Shown: one piece after another, positions 9,206 through 17,657 of the stretch
Numbering within the stretch: the stretch's first letter is position 1
Layout: every line of letters starts with the position of its first letter
Assembly (NCBI GenBank): GCA_016781485.1
Contig: JADDQH010000004.1
Location: forward strand, 629-64,628
Direction of reading: 5' to 3'
DNA: 64,000 nt
From: Chloroflexota bacterium
GTDB taxonomy: Bacteria > Chloroflexota > Limnocylindria > Limnocylindrales > CSP1-4
Notes under the pieces: generated by a model
Database searches by the model: none
Seen by the model: the letters and a program-made list of their open reading frames with translations, nothing else
Told to the model about the DNA's origin: nothing
Translations under genes and position numbers: made by a program

Positions 9206-9486
9206 TGCGTTACCTCTTCATTACGCCAGTGGACACTGTCGTAGCCGCGGCCGACCCCTTGTGTCGATGCCGAAGCTGATGACCGCAGAGTGCATCGGGC
9301 ACGAGCGTCAGTGATCCTGGAAAGGGACAGAGCTCTCGCGACCTCAGCGAATGAGGCCGGTAGCGTCTGTGTCGGCGCAGTGCGGACGTGACGGCGCGTC
9401 CCCGGACTGCAGGCGGCAGGATAGCATCGACGCCAGATGCGGTCCGGTGAGGACCGAGGAGGGAGCGGAGGGCGTAGGCCCGAACG

Positions 9487-10689
9487 ATGGCGGAATCAGC
9501 GTCCAGGATCACGTCAGCCGGAGTGCGATGGGCCGAAGCAGCCCGTGAGCTCTCGCTTCCCCGGGCGGTCCTCGTGACGCTGCTCGCCAGCCGCCTGATG
9601 CTCACGGTGGTCGGGCTGCTGTCGCTCGCGCTGCTACCCCAGGATACCTTTCACGCCTTCCCCCACGACTTCCCCTACGACGCTTCTTCGAACCCGCTCG
9701 TCAACGCCTGGTCGCGGTGGGACGGCTACTGGTATCTACGGATCGCGAGCCAGGGGTATGACTACGTGCCGCACGGGGAATCGGCGGTCGCGTTCTGGCC
9801 GCTCTACCCGACGGTGCTCGCCGCCGTCGGGACGGTGCTCGGCGTCGGCGGCACGGACGCCCTCGCGGTGATCGGCATCGTGGTCTCGAACCTGGCGCTG
9901 CTCGTCGTCGTCTCCCTCTTCGTCCTCTTGGTCAGGCTGGACTTCGACGAGGGGATCGCGGCGCGCGCGGCGTCCTTCCTGCTCATCTTCCCGACCAGCT
10001 TCTTCCTCTCGGCTGTCTACGCGGAATCGCTCTTCCTCGCGCTTGCCATCGGCTCGCTGTATGCAGCGCGGACGGACCGGTGGTGGCTCGCAGGAGCCGT
10101 GGGCGGCGGCGCCGCGCTCACGCGCCCTCACGGCGTCCTGCTCGTGATCCCGCTGGTCATCGAGTACCTCGCACAGCGAGGCGTAACGCGCCGAGCGCTC
10201 CGTCCTGAGATCCTGGCGCTCGGGCTCGTGCCCGCCGGCGTCGCCGCGTATCTCGTGTATCTGGGCCTGCGGTTCGGGAACCCGTTCGCCGCGCTCGACG
10301 CACAGGCCGGCGGCTGGGGGCGGGCACTCACGGTCCCGTGGCAGGCCTTCGTCGACTTCTTCACCGGGGAGATCCATCTCCATGGAGGCGGCGACAACTC
10401 CCTGCTCGACCTCGTGTCGACCGTTGCGTTCCTCCTCCTCGCCGTTGCCTCGTGGCGGTTGCTGAGGCTGAGCTACGCAGTCTTCCTCAACCTGTTCCTC
10501 CTCGGTGCCGTCTCATCCGGGACGCTGTCCTCGCTGATCCGGGTGGAGGCGACGCTCTTCCCCGCGTTCATCGTGCTTGCAGTCATCGCCGACAGACGCC
10601 CGTGGGTCGGCCGCGCCTATGTCATCGTGTCGACGGCCCTGGCGGCCATCCTGATGGCGAGATTCGCGCAGTGGTACTGGGTGGCGTAG
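9487..10689 (+). CDS. PIG-V-like GT-C glycosyltransferase, paralog B
   Basis: 400-aa ORF. Motifs NAWSRWDGYWYLRIASQGYDY, SAVAFWPLYP, LIFPTSFFLSAVYAESLFLAL, ALTRPHG. Confidence 0.65.
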   Translation: MAESASRITSAGVRWAEAARELSLPRAVLVTLLASRLMLTVVGLLSLALLPQDTFHAFPHDFPYDASSNPLVNAWSRWDGYWYLRIASQGYDYVPHGESAVAFWPLYPTVLAAVGTVLGVGGTDALAVIGIVVSNLALLVVVSLFVLLVRLDFDEGIAARAASFLLIFPTSFFLSAVYAESLFLALAIGSLYAARTDRWWLAGAVGGGAALTRPHGVLLVIPLVIEYLAQRGVTRRALRPEILALGLVPAGVAAYLVYLGLRFGNPFAALDAQAGGWGRALTVPWQAFVDFFTGEIHLHGGGDNSLLDLVSTVAFLLLAVASWRLLRLSYAVFLNLFLLGAVSSGTLSSLIRVEATLFPAFIVLAVIADRRPWVGRAYVIVSTALAAILMARFAQWYWVA

Positions 10690-10751
10690 GGATGGTGGGC
10701 GCGAGGACGTCGCAGCATGGGGCTGGACGCGAGCGGCGAAACAGGCCGCTG

Positions 10752-11570
10752 CTAGCCTTTTCGCGTACTCGCAGTGCCCGCTGGCTCGGGCCGACCCGGG
10801 ACGAGGAGTCCCACTCCCGGACCTGACGCGCCCGGGACGTGGTTCGTCCGGTGCGCCATCGACCATTCCGCCGCCAGCTCGTCCAGGAGCGTATCCCCCG
10901 GCTCGTCGTCGTCCGAGACGATCAATCCGGACGGGGCCATGCACGGCCGAACCGTCCGGAACTCGAACTCCCGATGGGCGCGCGAATGATCCGAGTCGTG
11001 GATGAACAGGTCGAGCGGTGCGGCCTCTCCGGCCGCCGGGCCGAGCAGCCTCCGGCTGTCTCCCAGAAGCAGCGTCCACCGCGCCTTGAGCCTCTCCGGC
11101 ACCAGCCAGCCCGGCTCGGCGCCGAGCGGCAGATCGGTGCCCGGAAGATCGATGCTCGTGAGCGATCCGTGCCCGTTTCGCTCTAGCGCTCGCAGCAGCA
11201 GCGCCGTCGAGAGGCCGTCGTGGACGCCGGTCTCCAGGACCGACTTCGCCTTCGAGAGCCGTACCAGCGCATAGAGGATCTTGAAGCGTCCGAGGTCGAA
11301 CGTGTTCGCCCACTCCCGGCGTCCGCCGCGGTAGCGCTCCTGGAGCTCGGCGACGAACGATGCATCTCCCTCGATCTCCGCGAAGCACTCCTCGACCGTT
11401 TCGACATCGAGCCCCAGCGCCTCGGACACCAATGCGATGTCGGCGGGGCGCGAGGACGTCCCGTAGCGGTTGGAAAGACCGCTTCCGTCGCCGAGTGCGA
11501 ACCTCCGCAGGTGGCGCAGGAGCCGCCGCGGCCGAGTGAGGACGCGCACGACCGAGCCGGGGCCCTCCAT
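10752..11570 (-). CDS. Class I SAM-dependent methyltransferase
   Basis: Motifs SVLETGVHDGLSTALLLRAL ... SLTSIDL ... LDLFIHDSDH. Start taken at ATG 11570. An alternative GTG at 11618 would overlap the upstream GT4 stop by 8 nt. Confidence 0.55.
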   Translation of the reverse strand: MEGPGSVVRVLTRPRRLLRHLRRFALGDGSGLSNRYGTSSRPADIALVSEALGLDVETVEECFAEIEGDASFVAELQERYRGGRREWANTFDLGRFKILYALVRLSKAKSVLETGVHDGLSTALLLRALERNGHGSLTSIDLPGTDLPLGAEPGWLVPERLKARWTLLLGDSRRLLGPAAGEAAPLDLFIHDSDHSRAHREFEFRTVRPCMAPSGLIVSDDDEPGDTLLDELAAEWSMAHRTNHVPGASGPGVGLLVPGRPEPAGTASTRKG

Positions 11571-11610
11571 CCGGGCGCGTCGCCAATAGACGGCAAGGAG
11601 CCGGACTCGA

Positions 11611-12789
11611 TCAGCCACCGCTGTTCCCCCCTGCCAGCGCGAGGTGATACGCCCGGACGTGCGCCTCAGCACACCGCTCGACGCCGAAGCGCTCGACCGC
11701 GCGGCGGCGTCCCGCCTCCACCATCTCTGCCCTCCCGGTCGCGTCGTGCAGGACCGACGACGCGGCAGCGGCGAACGCGGCCGGGTCGAGCGGTGGGACG
11801 ACACGCCCCGTCACGCCGTCATCGATGACCTCTGAGACCCCGCCGACATCGGTGGCGACGACGGGCAGCCCGGAAGCCATCGCCTCCAGGACGACGGTTG
11901 GGATCCCCTCCGACCTCGGGACGGAGGCGAGCGCGAACAGGTCGAACCCCTGGAGCTGTCGGCCGACATCGGGTCGCGTACCCAGGAAATGCACCTCCCT
12001 GTCCTCGACGAGCCCGAGCTCCCCCATCCGCGCTCGCAGCGCACGCGAGTATCCCTCGTGTGCGTCGTACTCGGAGCCGACAAGCACGAGGTGCGCGGTC
12101 GGAAGGGTCGCGCGGAGCCTGGCAAACGCCTCGATGAGGACGTCGATCCCCTTCTGCGGGTTGATGTTCGCGACGGACCCGACGACCGGCACATCGTGCG
12201 GGACACCCCATTCCTCGCGAACCTCCGCCCTGAGGCGCGGCTGGGGCCGGAACGCCTCGGTGTCGACCGGGGGGATGAAGGGAACGAGTCTGCCACGCAC
12301 GTGCTCTGCCCCCGGGAAGTGGGCCAGGATCTTCCGGCCGGTCGTCATCACGACCGTTGCAAGCGTGCGGACCCAGAGCATCGCGGCGAAGGCGAGCGGT
12401 CGCGGCGCACGCGTGTCGAGAAGCTGCCAGACGACGGGCACGCCGGCAGCACGTCCAGCGATCCCCGCGTGCGGGTTCACCAGGCCTCCGACCTGGACGA
12501 TATCGATCCGCCGGTCGCGGACGATCCGCGCGATCTTCGCCACCTCCGGAATGAACCCGGCCGCGAACGGGAGCTGGACATGCGGGTCGGGGGTCGCTCG
12601 CAGCCGGTGGAGGCCCATCGTGAGGACCTCGATCCCGGCCGCGTGGAGCCGCTCCGATGCGTTCCCTGGCTCGTCAGGGAGCAGCACGACGGTTTCGATC
12701 CCTCTCGCACGAAGCGGTGTTGCGAGTCGCAGAGCCTGGTTGTGGGGGCCGCCGAACGTCGAGTGGTGGATGACGAACAGGATCCTCAC
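11611..12789 (-). CDS. Glycosyltransferase family 4 (GT-B, retaining)
   Basis: N-terminus VRILFVIHHSTFGGPHN. C-terminal motif FALASVPRSEGIPTVVLEAMASGLPVVATDVGG (E-x7-E type). Start taken at GTG 12789. The track start at 12861 would abut the divergent gene with no promoter space. Confidence 0.75.
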   Translation of the reverse strand: MRILFVIHHSTFGGPHNQALRLATPLRARGIETVVLLPDEPGNASERLHAAGIEVLTMGLHRLRATPDPHVQLPFAAGFIPEVAKIARIVRDRRIDIVQVGGLVNPHAGIAGRAAGVPVVWQLLDTRAPRPLAFAAMLWVRTLATVVMTTGRKILAHFPGAEHVRGRLVPFIPPVDTEAFRPQPRLRAEVREEWGVPHDVPVVGSVANINPQKGIDVLIEAFARLRATLPTAHLVLVGSEYDAHEGYSRALRARMGELGLVEDREVHFLGTRPDVGRQLQGFDLFALASVPRSEGIPTVVLEAMASGLPVVATDVGGVSEVIDDGVTGRVVPPLDPAAFAAAASSVLHDATGRAEMVEAGRRRAVERFGVERCAEAHVRAYHLALAGGNSGG

Positions 12790-12858
12790 TGTGAACCCGC
12801 TCCGAGAGTCTTCTGGTGATCCCCTCGGCGGGGCCGGGCGGCGCCGAGACAGGCTGGC

Positions 12859-12864
12859 CATAAT
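12859..12864 (+). promoter_or_regulatory. Candidate -10 hexamer (CATAAT) placed 7 nt before ATG 12872; possible leaderless transcript
   Basis: CTGGCCATAATGCACGAGATGGAGGA. The same arrangement is conserved in front of paralog C (CTGGCCATAGTGGGATAGATGGACGGA). Confidence 0.3.
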
Positions 12865-12871
12865 GCACGAG

Positions 12872-14578
12872 ATGGAGGACGTGAGCCGGACGGAGCGGCG
12901 CGCGCCGCGGATCTCCCTGCCTCGCCCGCTTCCATTCCATCCCCTGCTTCTCGCGGCCTACTCGGTCCTGTTCCTGTGGTCACAGAACCTCGACGAGGCC
13001 ACGCTCGGAGATGTCACGCCGCCGCTCGTCCAGGTCGTGATCGCCGCGCTCGTCCTTGTCGGAGTGCTCACGCTCGTCCTGCGCGATGCGCGACGGGCTG
13101 CAGTCGTAGCGAGTGCCATCCTCGCCAGCTTCCTCGGGTTCGGCCACGTCGATCGTCTCCTCGCGCCTCTGCGTCTGGGTCAAGCGGCCCAGTTCGGCGG
13201 CTGGCTGGTCCTGATCGTGATCGCCGCCGCCTTCGCGCTTCGCGCGCGTCGATCGCTTGCACCCGCGACTTCGGCACTCAATGTCGTCGCGTTCGCCCTC
13301 GTCGCCGTCGCGCTGGTCACGATCGCCCCGCACGAGCTCTCCCGGATCGGGCGTGACGAGCCGAACACTGGCGCGCTTCCCCCTGCTGCGGCGTCGGCTA
13401 GCGGCGTAGGCACCCAGCGCGACATCTACTACCTCGTCCTCGACCGCTACGGATCGGAGTCCTCCCTTCGCCTCGATCATGGTTTCGACGACGATCTGCC
13501 GGAGTGGCTGGCCGCGCGCGGGTTCTTCGTCGCGCAGCAGTCCCACGCGAACTACGCGAGGACGGCTCTGTCGCTCGCCGCGACGCTCAACCTGCGGTAT
13601 CTCGACGAGCTGACGAGCCGCTACGGGCGGAAGACGGAGGACGTCACCCCCGCGTACCGGATGATCCGCAACAACGCCGTCGTTCCGTTCATCAAGTCGA
13701 GGGGATACCGCTACATCCATATCGGCTCCTGGTTCGAGGGGACCCGGACGAGTCCCCTCGCAGACGTCAACTTCAACGTGGGCGACGAATCGGAGTTCTC
13801 GTCCGTGTTCGCGGAAACGACCGCTCTGCCCGCGATCTCCGACATGCTCGGCCGGGAGAAGCGTTCACACAGGGAGAGGCACCGTGCCGCCGCCCTGTAC
13901 CAGCTGGAGAAGCTGAGCGAGGCGCGCGCCGTGCCCGGCCCGAAGTTCGTATTCGCGCACGTGCTGCTCCCGCACCAGCCCTACGTCTTCCGCTCCGACG
14001 GCGGTGTCGTCACCGCCGAGGAAGCACGGAGGATGCCCGAGAGCAGGCTCTACGAGGAGCAGCTCCAGTTCACGAAGGACCGGATCCGCGAGATCCTCGA
14101 GCCGCTGCTGAACGTCCCGGAGCCGTCGCGTCCGATCGTCGTCCTCCAATCGGACGAAGGACCGTACGTCCGCGCCGGCTTCCCTGGTTCCGCAGCCGAG
14201 CGGCTTCGGATCCGATACGGGATCCTCAACGCCTTCTATCTCCCTGGCGAGGCGAGTCGGCCTGGTTCGCCCGGCACGACGCCCTACCCGACGATCAGCG
14301 CCGTGAACACGTTCAGGATGCTCTTCAGCCGGTACTTCGCCGCTGATCTTCCACTCCTGCCGGACCGGAGTTACAGGTGGGTCAAAGGTGGGCTCTACGA
14401 CTTCAGGGACGTTACGGACGTCCTTATGGAGGGGGCGTCCGGAGGATCGACGCCGGCTACCCGTGCCCGAACGGGCGGCGCACCCCTAGCTGTGATTCCC
14501 GAGCACGTTGTTGGCATCGACGATCCCACACCGCGCTCGGCGGGCTCGCGCCCCACGCGGCGTTTGTCGACAACTTGA
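12872..14578 (+). CDS. Polytopic alkaline-phosphatase/sulfatase-fold membrane protein, paralog B
   Basis: Start chosen by alignment with paralog C (MEDVSRTERRAPRISLPRPLPFHPLLLAAYSVLFLWSQNLDEATL). Motifs DIYYLVLDRYGSESS, ANYARTALSLAATLN, HVLLPHQP, LQSDEGPY. The last ~30 codons read through the position where the relic copy at 17486-17608 has a stop (TAG 17605-17607), and the two copies differ by an indel there. Confidence 0.65.
   Translation: MEDVSRTERRAPRISLPRPLPFHPLLLAAYSVLFLWSQNLDEATLGDVTPPLVQVVIAALVLVGVLTLVLRDARRAAVVASAILASFLGFGHVDRLLAPLRLGQAAQFGGWLVLIVIAAAFALRARRSLAPATSALNVVAFALVAVALVTIAPHELSRIGRDEPNTGALPPAAASASGVGTQRDIYYLVLDRYGSESSLRLDHGFDDDLPEWLAARGFFVAQQSHANYARTALSLAATLNLRYLDELTSRYGRKTEDVTPAYRMIRNNAVVPFIKSRGYRYIHIGSWFEGTRTSPLADVNFNVGDESEFSSVFAETTALPAISDMLGREKRSHRERHRAAALYQLEKLSEARAVPGPKFVFAHVLLPHQPYVFRSDGGVVTAEEARRMPESRLYEEQLQFTKDRIREILEPLLNVPEPSRPIVVLQSDEGPYVRAGFPGSAAERLRIRYGILNAFYLPGEASRPGSPGTTPYPTISAVNTFRMLFSRYFAADLPLLPDRSYRWVKGGLYDFRDVTDVLMEGASGGSTPATRARTGGAPLAVIPEHVVGIDDPTPRSAGSRPTRRLSTT
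14370..14490 (+). repeat. Copy 1 of a ~121-nt direct repeat (3' terminal coding segment of paralog B)
   Basis: GTTACAGGTGGGTCAAAGGTGGGCTCTACGACTTCAGGGACGTTACGGACGTCC...GGCGTCCGGAGGATCGACGCCGGCTACCCGTGCCCGAACGGGCGGCGCACCCCTAGC. About 90% identical by eye to 17486-17608. Confidence 0.85.
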
Positions 14579-14592
14579 GCGGGAACCACACC

Positions 14593-14826
14593 CTAGCGGA
14601 CGACGAGCTGCGCGGTCGCGAGGGCCGCCTCGAGCGGCGGGTTCGAACGATCGCGCGGCGACAGATCGCGTCCCGCACCGGCGACCCGATCGCCGGTCGC
14701 CCCGTCCATCGACTCGGTCCACCGTTCTCGCCACAGCTCCGTCAGCGACCCTCGATCGTCCCGGCGTGGCTCGAGGCGGCGCTGCAACACGCCCGCGATC
14801 CGCGTGTCCGTCCATCCCTCGGGCAC
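14593..14826 (-). pseudogene. Possible relic of a cupin sugar-nucleotide 3,5-epimerase (RmlC-like) 5' end
   Basis: 77-aa ORF. GTG start preceded by GAGGAGG 6 nt upstream. Only the first ~35 aa (GWTDTRIAGVLQRRLEPRRDDRGSLTELWRERW) resemble the RmlC/FdtA N-terminal beta-strands; the rest is low complexity. Confidence 0.25.
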
Positions 14827-14894
14827 CGCCCACCTCCTCGTTGCCCCCGGCTCGTCCCGGGATACCGCTGCCGCGTCATGCGGCGAGCGCTGGC

Positions 14895-14900
14895 CATAGT
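14895..14900 (+). promoter_or_regulatory. Candidate -10 hexamer (CATAGT) placed 7 nt before ATG 14908; possible leaderless transcript
   Basis: Same spacing and flanking CTGGCCATA context as upstream of paralog B. Confidence 0.3.
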
Positions 14901-14907
14901 GGGATAG

Positions 14908-16524
14908 ATGGACGGAGACAGGCAGTCTCAGCGGCGCCGGTCGCGACTTGCGCTGCCTCGTCCGCTACCACTCCACCCCGTTCTCCTGGCCGCATACTCC
15001 GTCCTGTTCCTCTGGTCGGAGAACCTCGACGAGGCGACGCTCACAGACGTCGCCCCGCCACTGGTGCAGGTCGTCGCAGCCGCGCTCGCCGTTCTCGGGT
15101 TGCTTACGCTCGTCCTTCGCAATCGGCTCGGCGCCGCGGTCATCGCGAGCGCAGTCCTGGCCGGCTTCCTCGCGTTCGGTCACGTCGACAGGATCCTCGC
15201 GCCACTGCGGGTGACGCACGCCGTCCAGTTCGCCGGCTGGCTGATCCTGATCGCCGCGGCCGTCGCCCTCGCGCTTCGCCGGCGCGCGTCGCTGCCGCGG
15301 ATCACCTCGGCGCTTAACATCATGGCGTTCGCGCTCGTCGCCGTCGCGCTCGCGTCGATCATCCCGCATGAGCTGTCGCGCGCCGGGCGCGGCGACGCGA
15401 ACACCGCCGTCGTGTCGCCGACGGCGGCGCCGCCGGGAGAGGGTGTCCGGACGCAGCGCGATATCTACTACCTGGTCTTCGATCGCTACGGGTCCGAGTC
15501 GTCGATCCTGCGGAACCAGGGGCTGGACAACGATCTGCCGGAGTGGCTCACGGAGCACGGGTTCTTCGTCGCGGCGGACTCCCACGCCAACTACGCGAGG
15601 ACGGCCCTCTCGCTCGCCTCGACGCTGAACCTCAAGTATCTCGATGAGCTGACGAACACGTACGGGCGCAACACCGACGACGTGACGCCCACATACCGGA
15701 TGATCCGGAACAATGCGGTCGTCCCGTTCCTGAAGTCCGTCGGGTACCGCTACGTGCACCTCGGCTCGTGGTTCGAGCCCACCCGGACGAGCCCGCTTGC
15801 CGACGTCAACCTGAACGTTCGCGACGACTCCGAGTTCGCCTCCGTGTTCGTCGAGACGACCGTCCTGCCCGCGATCACCGAGATGCTCGGGCAGAAGGTC
15901 TCGCACCGGGAACGGCACCGAACGGCGGCGCTCTACCAGCTGGAGAAGCTGCGGGAGATCCCGGCCCTGCCGGGGCCGAAGTTCGTGTTCGCGCACGTGC
16001 TGCTCCCGCACCATCCGTACGTGTTCCGCGCCGACGGCGGAATCGTGACCGAGGAGGAGGCGCGAGCGATGCCCGAGAGTCGGCGGTTCGAGGAGCAGCT
16101 GAAGTTCACGAACGACCGGATACGCGAGATCCTCGCGCCGCTGCTCGAGCTCCCCGAGCCGTCTCGCCCGATCATCGTGCTCCAGGCTGACGAAGGCCCG
16201 TACGTCCAGGGGCGCGGCCGCCCGGAGGTGGACTGGGTCAACATCCGTTACGGGATCCTAAACGCCTTCTATCTCCCGGACGGCGCAGCGGCGGGTCCGG
16301 GGAGCGAGCCGTACGCCGCGATCAGCTCCGTGAACACGTTCAGGATGCTATTCAACCGATACTTCGGTGCTCGGGTCCCCCTCCTGCCGGACAGAAGTTA
16401 TTGCGCTCGTTCCCGTACTTCAGGCCGAGCTGAGCGATGCCGTCGTGAAGCATCAGCGAACCACACGCGGAAGGAAGGCCTCTACGACTTCGTCGACGTG
16501 ACGCACCTTCTCGCGAGGCGGTAG
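14908..16524 (+). CDS. Polytopic alkaline-phosphatase/sulfatase-fold membrane protein, paralog C
   Basis: 538-aa ORF. N-terminus MDGDRQSQRRRSRLALPRPLPLHPVLLAAYSVLFLWSENLDEATL. Motifs DIYYLVFDRYGSESS, ANYARTALSLASTLN, HVLLPHHP, LQADEGPY. Carries a paralog-specific 25-codon linker at 16402-16476. Confidence 0.65.
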   Translation: MDGDRQSQRRRSRLALPRPLPLHPVLLAAYSVLFLWSENLDEATLTDVAPPLVQVVAAALAVLGLLTLVLRNRLGAAVIASAVLAGFLAFGHVDRILAPLRVTHAVQFAGWLILIAAAVALALRRRASLPRITSALNIMAFALVAVALASIIPHELSRAGRGDANTAVVSPTAAPPGEGVRTQRDIYYLVFDRYGSESSILRNQGLDNDLPEWLTEHGFFVAADSHANYARTALSLASTLNLKYLDELTNTYGRNTDDVTPTYRMIRNNAVVPFLKSVGYRYVHLGSWFEPTRTSPLADVNLNVRDDSEFASVFVETTVLPAITEMLGQKVSHRERHRTAALYQLEKLREIPALPGPKFVFAHVLLPHHPYVFRADGGIVTEEEARAMPESRRFEEQLKFTNDRIREILAPLLELPEPSRPIIVLQADEGPYVQGRGRPEVDWVNIRYGILNAFYLPDGAAAGPGSEPYAAISSVNTFRMLFNRYFGARVPLLPDRSYCARSRTSGRAERCRREASANHTRKEGLYDFVDVTHLLARR

Positions 16525-16570
16525 CGCCCGAGCGGGACCTCCACATGGGGTGCGGTCGACCGCTGCGGGT

Positions 16571-17470
16571 TCAGGGAACGCCCGGATCCTCCTTCGCGAA
16601 CCGCCGGAGCGGGCCTCCGCCGTGCACCATCCGTCGTACGGGAGAGAGGAGTGGCTCCCAGACGAATCGGCGCAGCGCGTCCGCGGCACACACCGACATG
16701 GGAATCGTGAGCAGCATCGTGTACTGCGGCCACTTCGACGGCCACACGAGCAGGAATGCCAGCCCGATTTCGAGCCACAGCACGAACACGCGATGTCGTC
16801 GCCACGCGGGCAGTGACTCCGCGATCGCGAGCGCTCCGATGACGGTGTCGGCGGTCACGAGGAACACTCCCCGGTGTCCGCCTGTCGCCTTGAAGATCCC
16901 GGTCGAGTCGTGAGCCGGGACGGGCTTCGATAGCCACACCACCGGCTGCCATGGCGGGAGCGCGACGCGCGTGACCGTCGGTCCCGCCGCATACGCGGAT
17001 GGAACAGCAGCGACCGGCGCAGCCGACCGAGCGGTCCTGCCAAAGATGGACGTTGCGACGAAGAAGACGCCAGTGATGACGAGTGCCGACAGGGCGACCC
17101 GGGCGGGTACGCTGCAAGTGACGGCCCTTGGCGAGGGTCGCGGAGACGTCGGCAGGGGTGGTCGGTGGGTGGCTCGGCATCGCCGCTCTTCCGGTCCCTC
17201 GTCGGCCACGAGGCCGCGGCCGCGACGCTGGCGTCGTTCCTGCGCTTCTGACAGCAGCCAGTCGGCAAGGACCGCCACGGCGACGACTGCGTAGATGTAC
17301 TTCGAGGCGGCAGCGACGCCGAACGCGACCCCCGATACGACGAGCCACCGTGACGGGCGGCGCCTCGACCTGAGGTAGCACAGGACGCCGAGGAGTGCGG
17401 CCAGGCCCGGCAGAGCCTCGAGTATCACCTCGCTCGTGTACTTGATGTGCCACGTATCGACGGCGAGCAC
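16571..17470 (-). pseudogene. 5'-truncated GT-C (PMT_2/ArnT-like, GT39/83-type) glycosyltransferase fragment
   Basis: 299-aa ORF holding only C-terminal-type TM segments and a tail (LWLEIGLAFLLVWPSKWPQYTMLLTIPMSV). The frame is closed by a TGA inside the adjacent repeat, and homology ends at the 17471-17485 junction. Family assignment is from memory of PMT_2 C-termini. Confidence 0.4.
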
Positions 17471-17485
17471 GAGCGCTGGCCAACG

Positions 17486-17608
17486 GTTACAGGTGGGTCA
17501 AAGGTGGGCTCTACGACTTCAAGGACGTTACCGACGTCCTCCTCGAGCGGGCGTCCGGAGGATCGACGCCGGCTACCCGTACCCGAACCGGCGGCGGACC
17601 CCCCTAGC
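17486..17608 (+). pseudogene. Copy 2 of the ~121-nt repeat: relic of the last ~40 codons of a fourth alkaline-phosphatase-fold paralog
   Basis: Translates as GYRWVKGGLYDFKDVTDVLLERASGGSTPATRTRTGGGPP-stop, with no upstream coding body. Directly preceded (17471-17482) by GAGCGCTGGCCA, the same 12-mer that lies upstream of paralog C's start (14885-14896). Confidence 0.7.
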
Positions 17609-17657
17609 CGCGCGTTCCGGCGGCGTCAGGAGCGTCACCGCGGCAGCTGGTCAGCAC

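Noticed and set aside
7106-9244. 712-aa ORF on the plus strand (with similar very long ORFs at 35408-37906, 37845-39650, 40858-42684, 33162-34529, 54011-55147, 47396-48508, 29291-30184 and 20378-21346, and the upstream parts of 4202-6766, 11825-14578, 45322-47490 and 59695-60915).
   Set aside because: These are antisense or out-of-frame shadows of the genes called above. Their translations are Arg/Asp/Glu/Gly/Pro-rich low complexity (for example RRRGARLSVQ, DEQDDAEEQQRERGDDE) with no recognisable motifs. Long stop-free runs are expected at about 70% GC.
9206-9486. A 280-nt divergent intergenic region containing a 131-aa minus-strand ORF (9210-9605) and a 65-aa plus-strand ORF (9351-9548).
   Set aside because: Both translations are low complexity, have no ribosome-binding sites and overlap the start of the real gene. 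The region is more likely a divergent promoter region, and I could not identify convincing -35/-10 pairs.
16552-16563. Perfect 12-nt palindrome GCGGTCGACCGC between the convergent genes ending at 16524 and 16571, considered as a terminator or operator.
   Set aside because: It has no loop and no flanking T-run. Short GC palindromes of this kind are frequent at this GC content, so there is not enough evidence for a call.
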